Part shown: positions 63,575 through 64,000 of the stretch, piece after piece | Layout: each line of letters opens with the position of its first letter | How positions within the stretch are numbered: the first letter of the stretch is position 1 | Source of the DNA: the human T2T-CHM13v2.0 reference genome, Homo sapiens | DNA: 64,000 nucleotides | Direction of reading: 5' to 3' | Assembly: GCA_009914755.4 (NCBI GenBank) | Contig: CP068257.2 | Span: 38,368,001-38,432,000 of the forward strand | Made by a program: the position numbers and the translations under genes | The notes under the pieces: model-generated | Told to the model about the DNA's origin: nothing | The model's input: the letters and a program-made list of their open reading frames with translations, nothing else | The model's database searches: none

Positions 63575-64000
63575 TCAGTGCCACCCACCCAGCACTGCCG
63601 ACTCGCCCACGCCCTCCAGGAAAACTTCCTTGACTTCTCCTGTGCAGAGGATACTTTCCCTTTCCTTTATGGCTTGAAACCTTCATCTGATACTTACGTG
63701 TTTAATCAGCCCTGCAGGGAAAAGAACACCCTACTTGGATTCAGAAGTTACATATTTGAGTCTTGCTCTTGGCCTTTAATAATGTTATGACCCTTCTAAC
63801 ATTAAAAGCTAGAAATGGAATGAGGGGAGACTGACAACAATTACAGGACAAAACAAGAAAATTTCAAACAGTGATGAAGATTATAAAGAAAATGAAACCA
63901 ATTACTGTGCTAGAGAATGACTTGAGAGAGGTACTTTGGTTACGATGTTTGCAACTGCAATTAAATGGATGATAGTACAAAAAATAATGTTATGACCCGA

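Overview
This window reads as primate, almost certainly human, genomic DNA rather than a prokaryotic locus. It contains about 10 Alu SINEs with target-site duplications, MIR fragments, MaLR LTRs (MLT1 and THE1/MST type), many microsatellites, and two near-full-length L1PA-type LINE-1 elements. I see no rRNA or tRNA genes, no CRISPR array, no operon-like gene arrangement and no prokaryotic system; most long ORFs in the six-frame track come from L1 ORF1/ORF2 or from simple repeats. The two L1s are the dominant structure. One lies on the minus strand (41992..48099) and one on the plus strand (52437..58550), head-to-head around a 4.3 kb single-copy spacer. Each has its own target-site duplication, poly(A) and a different 3' transduced tail, so they are independent insertions. 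Both are coding-defective. They nevertheless share a ~1.5 kb block of perfect nucleotide identity (distal 5'UTR, all of ORF1, the inter-ORF spacer and the first ~100 nt of ORF2) that is sharply bounded by 1-7% divergence, which looks like gene conversion between inverted repeats. That block carries a shared 14-nt deletion that frameshifts ORF1 right after its start codon. Outside the repeats, the most gene-like signals are a minus-strand exon candidate (61600..61902) with a polypyrimidine/AG acceptor, a Kozak ATG, a 95-codon open frame and a CAG|GTAGGT donor, and a repeat-free CpG-rich block (about 31620..32580) with GT donor motifs that could be a promoter and first exon. Other points worth a second look are a ~780 bp CA-rich tract with ~170 bp higher-order periodicity, several closely spaced inverted Alu pairs, an Alu inserted exactly at the 5' end of an older Alu, and small tandem duplications.
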